DNA of 64,000 nucleotides from Bispira polyomma (Eukaryota): NCBI GenBank assembly GCA_965649765.1, contig OZ287749.1, positions 95,542,001 to 95,606,000 of the forward strand, read 5' to 3'. Shown piece by piece: positions 26,601 to 40,000 of this stretch (position 1 is its first letter; each line of letters starts with the position of its first letter). The notes under the pieces were generated by a model. It saw only the letters and a program-made list of their open reading frames with translations, ran no database searches and was not told where the DNA came from. The position numbers and the translations under genes were made by a program.

Positions 26601-28643
26601 CAGTGCCCCTAACTGCCTACAAGGTTAGACGTGTGCTTAGAGAGATCATTGTATCCTTATTCCTGAATCCCCAAGCCTTTGGCTTTCATTCATTTCGTCG
26701 ATCAGGAGCGACTCTAGCCTTTGATAATAATGTTCAATTACAGGCCATTATGGCTCATGGAGGCTGGAGATCATCAGCAGTATGGGCTTATCTCCAGTCT
26801 ACTCCCAATACTTCCTCCACTGTAGCAAAATCACTACAAAACATAATACAACAGTAAATATCCAGTATGGCGTTTGGGCATTGTGCTACTTGTATGTTAT
26901 ATTATAGTTATGAATATATATTAGATATTTAAAGTTATAGTATAAACTCTAACTGTAAATTACGGTAACCTTATGTTCTATCTTTAAGGTAACCTTAACA
27001 TTAATTTAAACTGAGGTGTTAATCTGTAACTAAGGTGGCCTTAAGTCACCTCACCTCTAGTAATTAAGTTTAACTTAAGTTTGAACTTAACATAAGTGTA
27101 ATTAAAGTTTAAAGTTTAAACTAAGGTCACCTTAGGTCACTCATTTTGGAAATTGATTTAAGTTTAACTTAAACCGTTAGGGTGACCATAACTTAAGACA
27201 GTGGTCCCCCCTATTTATGTGTGCAGAGTAGAAAATGTGTAACCACTAATACTTTAACATTGCATGTTAGATTTAGACATTTTAATAAATGCCCAATGAA
27301 TGCTACTTACTGGTGTTGTCGATATCGTGTTTGCCTATTTCATTTCCTTCCCTGCTCTGAGCCTAGCCCTGTGGACTGAGACGAGTATGGACAAACTCTG
27401 GGGCCCTTAACCACAACTCTGGTCAGGATCTGAAACTGGTGGTCTGGTTCTGGATCTCCATCACTCCCTGGCCCCTGGGTGAAGTTGACATCTGGGAAAT
27501 GAATTGACGAAGTGGATGATGTATAATGCATTACCAAGATGTTGTTAATAAAACAGACGAATGATGAAAGCCTTTGGTAAATGTAGTAAATGAAATGACA
27601 AATGTGAGAATTTTACCATTTGTTTCAAACATATCTCACAAAGTAACACCAAAGGACTTCTGTTTTTCTTTTCTCTTATTTGTTCAGTGTGTGTATGTTC
27701 ATTTGTATATGTAAATAAAAAAAATTAAAAAGGCAGTATTTAGTTCACCAGGAAGAACATAGATTTACAAAATTATAATATGTATCAAAATTAATTTATC
27801 AAAATTACATAATCAAAGTTACTTTTTCTACTATTTTATTTATTTATGTTTTTTATTTTGAAAAATGCCTTAATGTTTAGTATACTACTTGTACTTATTA
27901 GGAAATTTTACCAAAACTGAGATGAGGGGTTCTACTCTAATTAGGTGAAAATTCTGAACATGTTTGGTAATTCATTATTACCTTTACAACTGTGTATCTA
28001 ATACTTTACATGCAATATAAAGAAATTTTGTGCCAAAATGTTGTCCTAAAAATATCAAATATCATAGTTTTAATTGTCTACTGAAAATTCAAATCTGTTA
28101 TTTGTATAAACCAATTTTCAAGTTCCTTCAAGAATTGTTTTGTATATGAACAATAGTACAATTGATGACACATTTGAAACAAATTTTGACACAACATTAT
28201 TAGTAAAATACACACTATGTATTAACATAAATGGCAGATTAGTAATTTTACTATTTACTGTAAACTTCCTAATAATTCCAAATATTATTTTTCATTTAGT
28301 TCCATTATAATCTGCACAATTAAGCTTTTGAGTCCAGGTAGATCTACATGTTCGCATGGCTTGCGATGGTTGTATGATATGCCAATAAATTTCATTTGAA
28401 GTTACTTTGTATAAGTTTCTTTGCCGTGGAATATATATATTTATGTCATCATAGACACTGAATTTATTGCATGTGTTTTGTTTTATTATTTTTTGCCAAT
28501 TTCTATAAATGTATTTAAACAGATCGATATTGACTTTATAAACTTGTCTTAATTTTGTGTAAGTGTAAAACGTACTGTTCTCAACGATTATATTGTTAAT
28601 ATACAATATACATTTCTTGTACCAGTTTGAATAGAAAACACTT

Positions 28644-28821
28644 TGCATAACACGACAACTTCAGGGGTCTGTTAATTCAGTCCAAGAGAAGATTATATCT
28701 ACCTTAAAACCCTAGGTCACACCTAACCCTTATTTTCTTGTTTATTCGATCATTTCCAATCAGATTCAAGATTCAATCACCCATGACCATACACTTCCAT
28801 TTTAAATCATTTTTGACTCGA
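28644..28821 (+). repeat. Repeat A1 (178 bp, matches 33897-34074)
   Basis: Direct repeat, 2 mismatches seen. Confidence 0.92.
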
Positions 28822-31800
28822 GATTTTCATCGGTCTCTGCCAGTATCGAAGCAGCTTATGCTCAGGCCACACCAGCACGTGCGTCCTCAAATATTCACAC
28901 CGACACGTTACTTCCCCACACGCTGGGTTACCAAACAGTAGAGAGAGACGTTACTTATGCTGGGATCACACCTCCACGTTTCCCAACGTTACCCGGGACC
29001 AGTTCCTTGCAACCGACTACTCAGGGGCAACAACCTTTGGTGAATACAGTCACGAACCATTATAATTCAAACAAAATGCTGGCTATCCTTAGGAGGTTGG
29101 AAACATCAAACGCCGAACTGAGCAAGCGCATCGGGAGGGTTAAAATGGCACAGATGCAGCGAGTCACACTTACGACACCGGCTACAGGTGTTACTGGGGT
29201 GAATCCACCCATGACGATGCCTGCAACTCATATCAGCAGCACTTCATCAGCCAATCCTGGTTTGGCCACACAACTTCCGGTTCAGCAAGAATTTCTCAGG
29301 GACGGTGTCGCACCACAGCTGAACACACTTCGGGCAATTCCAGCCATACAAGCAGCGATAGCCAGTCAGCTAGTGGGCTATGAAGTTGCCTCCGGAAAAA
29401 TATTTTACAAGGTAAGACACCTGCTAAACTAAAGTCGGGACGCTACAATAGCTCCGACGTCACTACTGCAGATCCAAAACTTTGGTGGCCGAACGAGGGC
29501 TGGGTGGGCGCAAACGCAAGACGGAAGCCCACTTTTGACGACCTATCCTTGGCTCAGTGGGCAGCTGGGCAACTTAATAACGTCCTCTTGGTGACAGACC
29601 CGACGCTATCGCGAGGTACGATCCAGCAAGTGGTCCATACACTAAGAGATGCAGCTGCTCTTCCCTGGCCTGTAGTTCGCTCGGCCTGGGGTCATAGCAT
29701 GCAAGAGGTGGAAGAGGGGCGACTGACATGGGACAATCAAACGCAATGGGCCCTAAATAGGTTGAGTGCATCACAAATGGCATTATTAGGGGGAAATAAC
29801 AATAATACCAGCAATGAGGCGTCTAAGGGGAAATCCAATGAGTTTAAAACGATTTGCAAATTGTTTAACAATGGGAAATGCTCTTACAAAACTGATCACG
29901 CTAATTATAGGCATATCTGTTGGCACTGCTCAAAAACAGAAAGATGCAGTGCATCCAGAATTCAAATGTTTTAAGTCCAATTTGAACAAAAATTCTGAAC
30001 AAACAAGTAACCGTTAGGGACATTCCCGTCAGCCAATCAGCGGAGAGTTAGTGTTGAAAGTTGAGCAGGGCAGTTATACAAATGATTTAGACAGTAAAAA
30101 GAAATATAACCCAATCAGGGAACATTATGATTCTGTTAAGATGAACATTGCCAACAATGTGCACGTGCAAGTTTCTAAAAACGATTTATGTGTACATAGT
30201 GATTCTGTAAATTCAAGTATTACGGTTAATGTTGGAAATACTGATAAAATATGTGCAACGAGTAACAGTTGCTATGGTAATTGTAGATCCACAGTCAATT
30301 CGACTGCAAATGATTTCTATATTAATACTGACAAACATACCACTGTTAATGAAAATGTATCCTGGCCGAAACAGCTGAACCACTTTAAACCTAGCATTGC
30401 AGTGAAGGTCCCAGTAACAAATTTATATGAAATTTCAAATTATGGTGGAGTAAGGGCCCCAGTGGCATATATCAGTAGCAGCGAATATGAACCAGTTTCA
30501 AAGTGGGTTCTACTGTCTCTGCCATTGTGTTGTTAATAACTGTATGATATATTCTTCTACAGCTATATCTTCAACAGGTACCCTGCAGATCTTGGACACA
30601 TATTATACAGATATATGTGTGCAAAATAACACCATGAATAAGGATTATTTCAGCATTGGTAAACATTGTCCAAATTTAATGAAACAGGCAGGTAATGATT
30701 TCTATTACCATAAGAGAGATCTGCAGTGTTCTTTGTATTACAATTGTAATGATACATCATACATGGAAAAAATAATTGACACGTTGATTGAGCAATCACA
30801 GTTGGCAGTCGAGAGGGCTGCAAAGGTTAGTAAAAGTGAAATTAAAATAAACAATATCAGCAGCAAACAGGTCAAGGTGAGTAAGAATGACTTACAAGCT
30901 AGAGTCAAACACCCGACCGTCTTCTTCGAAAACTGTAACGATATGGACAGTATTGACAGTATTGACAGTATTGACATAAATAGTCTGGACAAAACAATTG
31001 GCTTCATTGCCCTTTCTCCCACACAGTTCACATTTCAGGGTCCTGATAAGCAACCCACTAGAATTGATTCAGTACAGAAAATGATTGAAATAGGCAAGCT
31101 AGTTAGTGACACAAATCTTCCTAACTACCAGCAAGCCAGAATCCCAATTGTATCAGGCTTAAACCCAAGTGCTTGGGAGAGCACATTTTCAGATTACCCT
31201 GATCAGCTGGTAATCCAGTATGTTAAGTTTGGTTTCTCTTTAAGTCTTACCAATCCTAAAAGTCTGAATAATGTCAAAATAAAACATCATTTTTCTGCCC
31301 TGCAACATACTAAGGCAGTCTGCCAATATCTTAACAAAGAAAAAGAAAATGGAGCAACGCTTGGCCCAGTCAAAGCCATACAATCCTCACAATTACACTG
31401 TTCACCTTTATTAACCCGTCCAAAAGATGTCGACAAAAGGCAAGTTATACTGAATCTCTCTTTGAACGATAATGTCAACAAAGCTCTGTTCGACGGGGTC
31501 AGATTTAAATTAAAATTTCCCACAATTGATGACATCACAAAGGCGATTCGTTGTACCCCAGAACCTACTTTATTTAAAATTGACATTTCGCGCGCGTTTC
31601 GTAACCTTAGAGTTGATCCGGGTGAAGCCATCAAACTGGGCATAGTTTGGGATGAGCACCTCTATCTGAATCCAGCGATCCCATTTGGGTGGGTGCATGG
31701 CAGCGGGGCCTTTCAAAGATGCTCAGATGCAGTAGCTTACTTCATGAATAAGTCAGGTTTTAACTTATTTTGTTATATCGATGATTACGTATGTATTACA

Positions 31801-33683
31801 CCGAAATATAAGGCTCAACGAGGTTTCGACATGTTAACAGAACTTTTGGACAAATTAGGTCTTCCTATGAACAGCGAGAAACTCCTCCTACACAAAACAT
31901 GACATGTTTGGGAATAGACATAGACGTGGGGAAAGGCACAATTTCTATTACCACCGAGAAGGTAACCCAAATTTGGAACATTTGTGCTGAGGTTTATAAT
32001 AAAAAATTTATTTCTAGAAATAAATTTCAATCTCTACTGGAAAGTCTACTGTACATTCATAAATGCGTTAAACCGGCTCGCACCTTTATAAATAGACTCC
32101 TCAGTGCCTTCAGAGGCAGTACTGATAAACGCATTAAGATCAACTCAGAAATGAAATGTGATTTGGAATGGTTTTTTTAAATTCCTACCAACGTATAACA
32201 GAGTTATATATATTGAACCTACCATAATACCACGTGCGAACGAGCTCCACCTCGATGCATGCCTTACGGGCTTTGGAGGCATTTGGGGCGACCAAATTTA
32301 TGCCACTCCAATTCACAATTGTTACAACCGTGACTTAAATATAGCACATCTCGAGATGCTGAACATTGTAATAGCTATGAGGATTTGGGCATATGACTGG
32401 GCCCATAGTAAGTTAACCATACATTGCGACAACATGGCTGTAGTATTGGTTGTCGGTACTCAAAAAATTAAGGATGACTTTTTGGCATTGTGTTTAAGGA
32501 ATTTATGGCTACTAGCAGCTTCATTTGACATAAAACTTAACATAGAACATATCCATGGCAAACAGAATATAATAGCGGACGCTTTATCCAGAATTTATTC
32601 AGCACATCCACCTACTGTAGAAATGTTGAATATGTTGAACACAAAAAAGTATAAAGAAGTTCCTTTAGAGTACTTTAATCTTACTTTGTCCATATGATTG
32701 TAGGAGCCACCAATATCAGCAGCAAGTTCATGGCCTCAGCTTGGAACAGGATTGACACAGCCATTAGACCCAAGACTGCTAGTGCTTACAAAATACAATT
32801 CAACACATTTTTAGCGTTTAACCACTTTGTGGGCATTCAGCAAGTCACTGTTCATTCAGTCTTGGTATTTTTAGAATACTTGGTACAAGCTGGCCTTTCA
32901 CCTAGAGCAGTAAATAATTATGTCGCAGCCATAAAGTATATGACACAGAAATTCCAATTAGATGCCACTCCTTTATCTCACAAATACATTCAGTTATTTT
33001 TGAGAAGCTTGACACACAATTCAGCTTTCAAACCAAAACACAGAGGTATTTTTGACATACAACAAATGGCCAATATCTCCAAAGCATGTGACATTCTGCA
33101 AGACCCCATACTCTTCAGGGCCATGTTTCTGTTGGCTTTCTTTGCTTTCTTAAGGCTTTCTAACATAGCCTCACACTCAAGATCAGCATTTGATTCCACT
33201 AGACATTTCCTTAGGCAAGACCTTACATTTGCCCCACCTGGTGCATTACCCTGAAATGGGCCAAATATTTACAGAACAGGACGGACACACACATAATACA
33301 GATCCCTGGGCTTAAAAATAGCATACTATGCCCAGTATTAGCTCTCAAGAAGCTGATTACTTTTAGGCACCTTCCACCCAGTGCACCTTTATTTACATTT
33401 GCTTCTCCACCTTTTCACCCAATTGTGGAATCTCATGTGAGGGTAGCTCTGCAAAAGATATTAGAACACACAGGCATAGACTATAAAACTCATGGCTTTC
33501 ACACTTTCAGGCGCTCAGGTGCTACTTATGCATTCAATAATAATGTCTCTCTCCAAAACATCATGTCTCATGGCTTGTGTAGGTCCTCAGCTGTGTGGAC
33601 CTACCTACAACAAACTTCAGAAACAGCTTCTGTAGTTCCCCTCACTTTTGCTTCCACAATTCCTCATTTCTGTTAGTTGGGCT

Positions 33684-33896
33684 TGGGTGTCAAAATTTCA
33701 AATAATTTTTAAAATTTTATCATTTTGTGACCTTTTATCTTTACTTGTAGATACATTTATTTACTAACTTGTAAAAAATAAAATCCTCAAACCAGAGTTT
33801 TACTGACTTACCAAACTTCACTTCAACTTATAGTGCAAGCAACCACTAGACAACTACCCTAACTTGACTTAACCTCACACCTTAGCAATTGGACTG
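33684..33896 (+). repeat. Repeat B1 (213 bp, matches B2 at 35232-35444)
   Basis: Direct repeat, about 5 mismatches seen. B1 abuts A2 directly. Confidence 0.92.
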
Positions 33897-36169
33897 TGCA
33901 TAACACGACAACTTCAGGGGTCTGTTAATTCAGTCCAAGAGAAGATTATATCTACCTTAAAACCCTAGGTCACACCTAACCCTTATTTTCTTGTTTATTC
34001 GATCACTTCCAATCAGATTCAAGATTCAATCACCCATGACCATACACTTCCATTTTAAATCATTATTGACTCGACATTTGAACTAGAAACAACAAAAACT
34101 TCAACCCACCACCTCCCCTAAGTTTAAGGCTCAAGATTCTACATAACGAGTTGATTCAGGGTCGAATTGAGCCCAACCGTGTCTCGGTGGGTCCCTGCTT
34201 CCATATACTTGCCCTGGCGTGGCTGCCATGGGAATTCGGAGCTCTGCGAGCAGGGACTAGCCGGGGCTAGGCGAGTTGGTGCCGCAGGATTTGGGTTCAA
34301 GTCTTCCCTGGTCCACGAGTTATGTACACATTTTAATAAGGAAAACGCTGTGCTTATGACTGGAGTATTCAATTTGTTAGAGCAAGGTTACACATTGCTT
34401 TGATATTCTCGGGTTTTCCCATAGGGATCTTAGACATTAAATAAGTTAGGTATTAGATCAAGTGGCCCATCACTTGATTTAGGGTACTACAATCAATTAG
34501 GTTAGGATAAGTAGGGTGATAACACTCATTAGATATAAGTTATACAATCTTTTTCCCTTCCTTCCAATACTTCCATTTCACCTACAGGACGTAGTGTATT
34601 ACAGACTGCCTCCAAGAGCAGCTGGGCACTCTTGGGCTGTCGCCAATTTTACATAACTTGTTATATGTCACTTTAATTAGTCACCAAAGTGAAGGGTGAC
34701 GTCTTGTAAATGTGTATTTATGCAAACGTAAATGTGAAGGCATAAGCCACAATATGTGGTATATCAGAATGAAATGTTATTAATAGGTCAGGAATGAATG
34801 GCCATTTATGGTGTAGTTATTGCCCAGTACAGGGGTAGTCATTTACATTCTAATAGCATGTTTATGCCATGTTTATGGACATGTACCGTGTTGGAAGCTA
34901 GCGTGCTGGCATTTTAGGGGAAAGATTTGCCAGGCTTGGTCTGGTAAATATGTAACACACCCTAGGCTTACACTATATTAAACGAGTTAATAAATCTGGG
35001 CTAGTCCCTATTTTACGTGTTTTTAGTAATTCTAGAGTTCCTCTGCTTTACTGGTTAGAGATCTCGTGTAAATGAAAAAGAAATAATATTATGATAATTA
35101 TTATATTGATACTTTACATTATGTGTACCTTTTACAGCATTAATATTAATTACAGCTGTCATTGTTCTCTAGGTGTAGTGATTGGTTACTATTTTATGTG
35201 ATATGTTGTTTAGTGACACCATGCTGCGGTGTGGGTGTCAAAATTTCAAATAATTTTTAAAATTTTATCATTTTGTGACCTTTTATCTTTACTTGTAGAT
35301 ACATTTATTTACTAACTTGTAAAAAATAAAATCCTCAAACCAGAGTTTTACTGACTTACCAAACTTCACTTCATCCTATAGTGCAAGCAACCACTAGACA
35401 ACTATCCTAACTTCACTTAACCTCACATCTTAGCAATTGGACTGTTTTTATCAATTACAATATATTTATTTAACTAAATCACTTCTTCTTTTTTGTGTCA
35501 CTGTAACAGGTTCTCTTTGTAAAATTGATACCATGCATGAAGAATCTCTTTATACAAAGTTGGTATACTGTCAGTTAGCATTTCTAGTTCAAATGCACTT
35601 TGTAAATGATTTTTATTACATTTCAGGACAAAATAACATGAAATACTGCACCCATAAACTTTCGGAATTGAGAAACCTTCGTTTAATCAAACTTTCTTTA
35701 TGAGCACTAATGTAAGATTTTAGATCAGTTACTCTAACTTCACCTTCATTTTAATCATTTATTAAGACTGTGTAACATATTTTGTTTCGTGATTTGTTCC
35801 ACAAAAACATTTTTGAATCCTTTGTAGTTTTTTTATTGCACATAATTGGGTTTCTAAGCTACTTATAATATAGTTAATTTTTGACAGATGACAGATTTTT
35901 GCTTAAATGTTATGTTATATTTGAGTAGTGGATTATTTATGAAATAGCCATCTACTTTATCAAATATAATACATTATTACCCTTTTTATGTAAATGTGTT
36001 TCAGAACTCAACGTTTTTGATCATTAGAAAGTTAGCCAAATTCAAATGAGTAACTATCAAAAAGTGGTGTTCTTAGGTCATCCAAAAAGTATTTATAAAA
36101 CTGATGCACTTTTGTATTGACGTTGTCTGACTTAATATATTTCTGTTTTCTAATGGGTGACTTTGCATG

Positions 36170-36630
36170 TTAAAGAAATTGGTACTAGCAATATATCAAT
36201 GTACAAATGAAGAAACTTATGTTGCACTAGTTGTAAGTGCATTCTTTGGGTTTTTCAGCTAGCCTCAGTGGTCCCCAGTACCTTAAAGAATATTGATCAA
36301 TCTGCTTTGACTGTTAGATCAGATGTGGTTTAGGGGTTCCCCAAGGGCCACATTTTAATGATATGTTTCAAAAATATGCTGCAAAATTCTGGCCAGTCCC
36401 AGGTAGTACAACTTCCTGTGATAGTGTGATTTGTCCAGTTAAAGCTTCTTTATTTTTGATAAACACGAAGACAGGTTTAGTACCTTTTACTGCTCATCGT
36501 GGCCGTTCTTTTTGGGAAGTGGTATTAACTAAAATTGGCCTTTTATCCCATGTCCTATGCTTTCCACACTTTTCGCAGAAGTGGTGCCGCCTATGCTTTT
36601 GTCAACAATATTGACATTTAGGGTTTGGCC
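36170..36630 (+). pseudogene. Tyrosine recombinase remnant of another YR element
   Basis: Fragments FFGFF.., QVVQLP..ICPVKA, GLVPFTAH, YAFHTFRRSGAAYAF. Confidence 0.75.
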
Positions 36631-36988
36631 CCTCTTTATAAATTCATTTTAGAATAAATATACTTGGCATTACTACTTTTTGGTTAAAATTACAGCCAAT
36701 ACTGAAAGTAACGAAATGTCTTGTCAAGTTTTATATTTAAACAAATATTATATGGGTACCAAATAATTGTCCCCTTTTAATCAGTTAAAGCATACTGTAG
36801 TGGGATAACGCTTACTGCTGTTATATAAATATTGTCACAACAAGAAAAGTTGTAAAGCTAACACTGATGTCGTAACTGATGTCCAACTATATTTACAAAC
36901 GTAAAAAGTAACAATACTACAATGTTGTAACTTGTTACATGTACAAAAGGAGGTTTAAATAAAACACCAAATATGTCTTTAAACAAGG

Positions 36989-36994
36989 TTTATT
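36989..36994 (-). terminator. Polyadenylation signal of the peptide gene
   Basis: AATAAA on the minus strand 55 nt after the TAA stop, followed by a GT/T-rich stretch. Confidence 0.65.
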
Positions 36995-37049
36995 ATTGCA
37001 TGTCTTCCTCACTCTAAACTAGCTTCCACATACTTTAACGTCTGTGTCT

Positions 37050-40000
37050 TTAACCAAGGCAACCACATACGCGCTTTGTCCATATACTTCTGCACCAACA
37101 TCTCAAACCTGAAACTAAGCAGACAGTTTTAGTGTTACTTTAATATTGCTTTTAACACATCTTGTGTCATATCTCGACTGGTAATTCACAAGCTCCTCCA
37201 AAAACATTACCAGTGCTAATATTCAAATCCATGACTGCTAAGTTGTAAGATGAGTATACAAACTTGTATTTCCAGAATCAATATAATGTTTATCAAAATT
37301 AAGTTTTTACAATTACATTTTTTCATACTGGTTTCATCTCAAACATTTCTTCCAATTTGTGAACCTGCATTTATCCGAACAAAACATTGTTCTCTCTCTA
37401 TGCATATGCATTATTAAGGCATATTACCTCTCTATAGTGAACCTGACTTTCTGTTTGGATATATGTTAAACCTTGCATATTTTTTTTGAGGTTTGTGTTG
37501 CATGCTAACCAATACTCTAACTTGTCTTTCATGCCTTTACAGGGTATAAAATTATATATGTGATGGTTACATAGAAATAAAAAGAATACCAGTTTCTATT
37601 AAATATACAGAGACCTTTAATACTAAATCCAATAAATCTGAGTAAATCTAATCAGGCATATTCTGACACTTAATCTTGGCACTGGCCGGTTCTTAGCTGC
37701 AACACTATAAGTATATTAAATAAAAGTATTATTTGCAGACAGAAAGACGCCATAGCCACGTAGATGCCAGCATAAGCATTTCACAAGATATTTTTAAACT
37801 ATTGTAATGGTATGAGTACATTGTATAAATTATGCAGCTCGAGGATTGTGTATGATAGAAAATCAATAATACTGATCTAACATCTAACAGGTCATGTTGA
37901 AACGCCTTTAGTAATGTGGGTAACGTGTCTGCCTCTGTATGAACAAACCAGCTAAAATATCCAGACCATAACAGCATGCATCTGATGAATATGTGGTAAA
38001 TCATTCCATGGTACTAAAAACTCTTATTTAAATGTACTTGCTAATTGAATGTACAAAACTACTAGGATACTGCTAGCATTCATATTAGTATTACTGTTGT
38101 AAGTATTTTAGAAATATGGACAAATAAACCATCTGAACATGTATAGCCAGTTAAACATTAACATTCTATACATAAACCACAAAGACAACAAACACATTGA
38201 TAACTTTCAAGGTTTTACATAATTTTAATTACTCTGGGTGGAACTAGCTATGAATACCAGTCATTGATAAATCTGATAGCTTTAACAAACCTATTATATA
38301 GACCTCTATTTAGCAGGATACCTAGGTGAAAGATTGATCAATATAGGATTGTGACAAACCTCTCTTCTGCCTGCCCTTGCCCTTCTTCTTGCCTTCTAAT
38401 TCTTGGACCAAATTCTTTCCAGCGGTTGGACATTCTTCACCATCAATTAGAGTTTGAGTCAACAAATCTAAATAGCACAATATGTGTGTTATATTCATTT
38501 TATATATTTTTGAGGCTGACACCAAACTATACTAAGGTGTGTTTAAATAAGAAGTAATACACAGATCTTCATATTTTATATTAACATAGATATATGTACA
38601 GCCAAGTTCTTGCAGCGTGATTCCACAAAACAAGCATTTGGTAAAAAAGATAAATATATAAAAAAATTCAGACTCAGTGTAAATATATATTATTTTTAGT
38701 GATCATAGGACTTACCAAATTGCTCAGCTGTAAATTCTTTCTCCATTCCTTTCAATATCTGTAAAATCCAGTAATTAATTAGAAGGAATATCAATTACAC
38801 TTGACGACAAAATATTTGTCATTAAATTGATAGATCACTATACAACAAACAACTTTGTATCCATAGGATATCCCACCATTCAGAATATTCTGACGTTTCA
38901 TAAGTTTGTTAGCTACATACACTGCCACCATATGAATATCTATATATGTATCATGCTGTTTGACAAAATCGAGAACTGAAGTGATTTACAAATCTGCGTG
39001 ATATGACACATTTTGGTACGTATTAACAGTTACTCAACACAAAACAGTTTGTCAATTGGTAACAAGACAGACATATCAATCAATATACCTTTTCTATCTT
39101 TCGAAGCAATGCATCCCCTGCAAGAATAAATATTTAAGAAAGTTAGTTTATTACTTAGTGCAAAGACACATGGCATGCAAAATATGATTTTGTTATTAGT
39201 CATATAAAAATCCTGTGGTCATGCAAAACATGATTTTGTTATTTGTCAAATGTAAAGCCAGCGGTCATAACTATATAATTTATTGTGTTTTGATTTGATC
39301 TTTGCTGTTTTGTTTTTTTTGCGAAAAGAGCAACATACAGTTGTTTTTGTGAGCTTGTATCCCTTGGAATACTTGCCATAACGGTTAAGTCATCTATTGA
39401 ATAAGAGTTATGGTAATTTCAAAAATAGTACACCAGCAAATAACAATGGACTAGCATTTCAATCTTGCTAATTTATGTCATTTACGTGCCTTTTAAAGTA
39501 AAACTTATTCATAAAAATCATAATCCAAAAAAATATTTGTTTTACTTAATTGTAAATGTTCTTACTTGAATCTGGTGAATCTGTTGCTGTCGCCCGTTTA
39601 ACCTTCTCAACCTTTTAAGAAATCAACGATATTTCTATTTATTTCGCATAATGAAACCTATTGATACATATTTCTACAGGGTAAATACTCCATTTATTAC
39701 ATAATTATGTGACATGCTGAGAAGTAGCCAATAACAATCTTTTAAACAACATACTTTGTGTTAAACAACATACTTTGTGTTAAATTGTCAAACTCCCACC
39801 CATTTTTAGGGTCACCAGAAGGGTTGGAAGGTTTTTGACGAACACGTTTGAAACCTATAAGCCTGCACAATGTATTCCTAATCCCCTCTGTAGACACAAT
39901 TAGATTGAGACCTTGGGTAACTGAATACGATTACTTAGGACATTCATATGTACAAACTATAACGGTCACTTTTAGAAAATCCCCTTCTTTTCAAAATTAG

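Larger units (their letters stand above)
21500..27300 (+). mobile_element. DIRS/Ngaro-type YR retrotransposon (element 2)
   Basis: Open gag at 21945-23192. Disrupted RT/RNase H at 24310-25930 (FRNLRIDP, YIDD, VDASLVGIG, CDN). YR at 25930-26857 (FHSFRRSGA, HGGW, WAY). Terminal repeats not found. Confidence 0.9.
28644..35444 (+). mobile_element. Ngaro/PAT-type YR retrotransposon with split direct repeats (element 3)
   Basis: A1 28644-28821, gag ~28830-30017, RT/RNase H 30487-32697 (YIDD), YR 32704-33676 (FLRLSN, HTFRRSGA, WTY), B1 33684-33896, A2 starting 33897, B2 35232-35444. Confidence 0.92.
27840..36130 (-). mobile_element. Tx1/L1-like LINE remnant split by element 3 (27840-28643 and 35445-36130)
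   Basis: FLWNKSRNKI.., EGEVRVTDLKSYISA.., and LNKYIVIDK|KSVFYSNWYKK, which reads continuously across the insertion. Confidence 0.75.

Noticed and set aside
38322-38525. 67-aa ORF as a stand-alone gene
   Set aside because: It is exon 5 of the spliced peptide gene plus flanking intron sequence.
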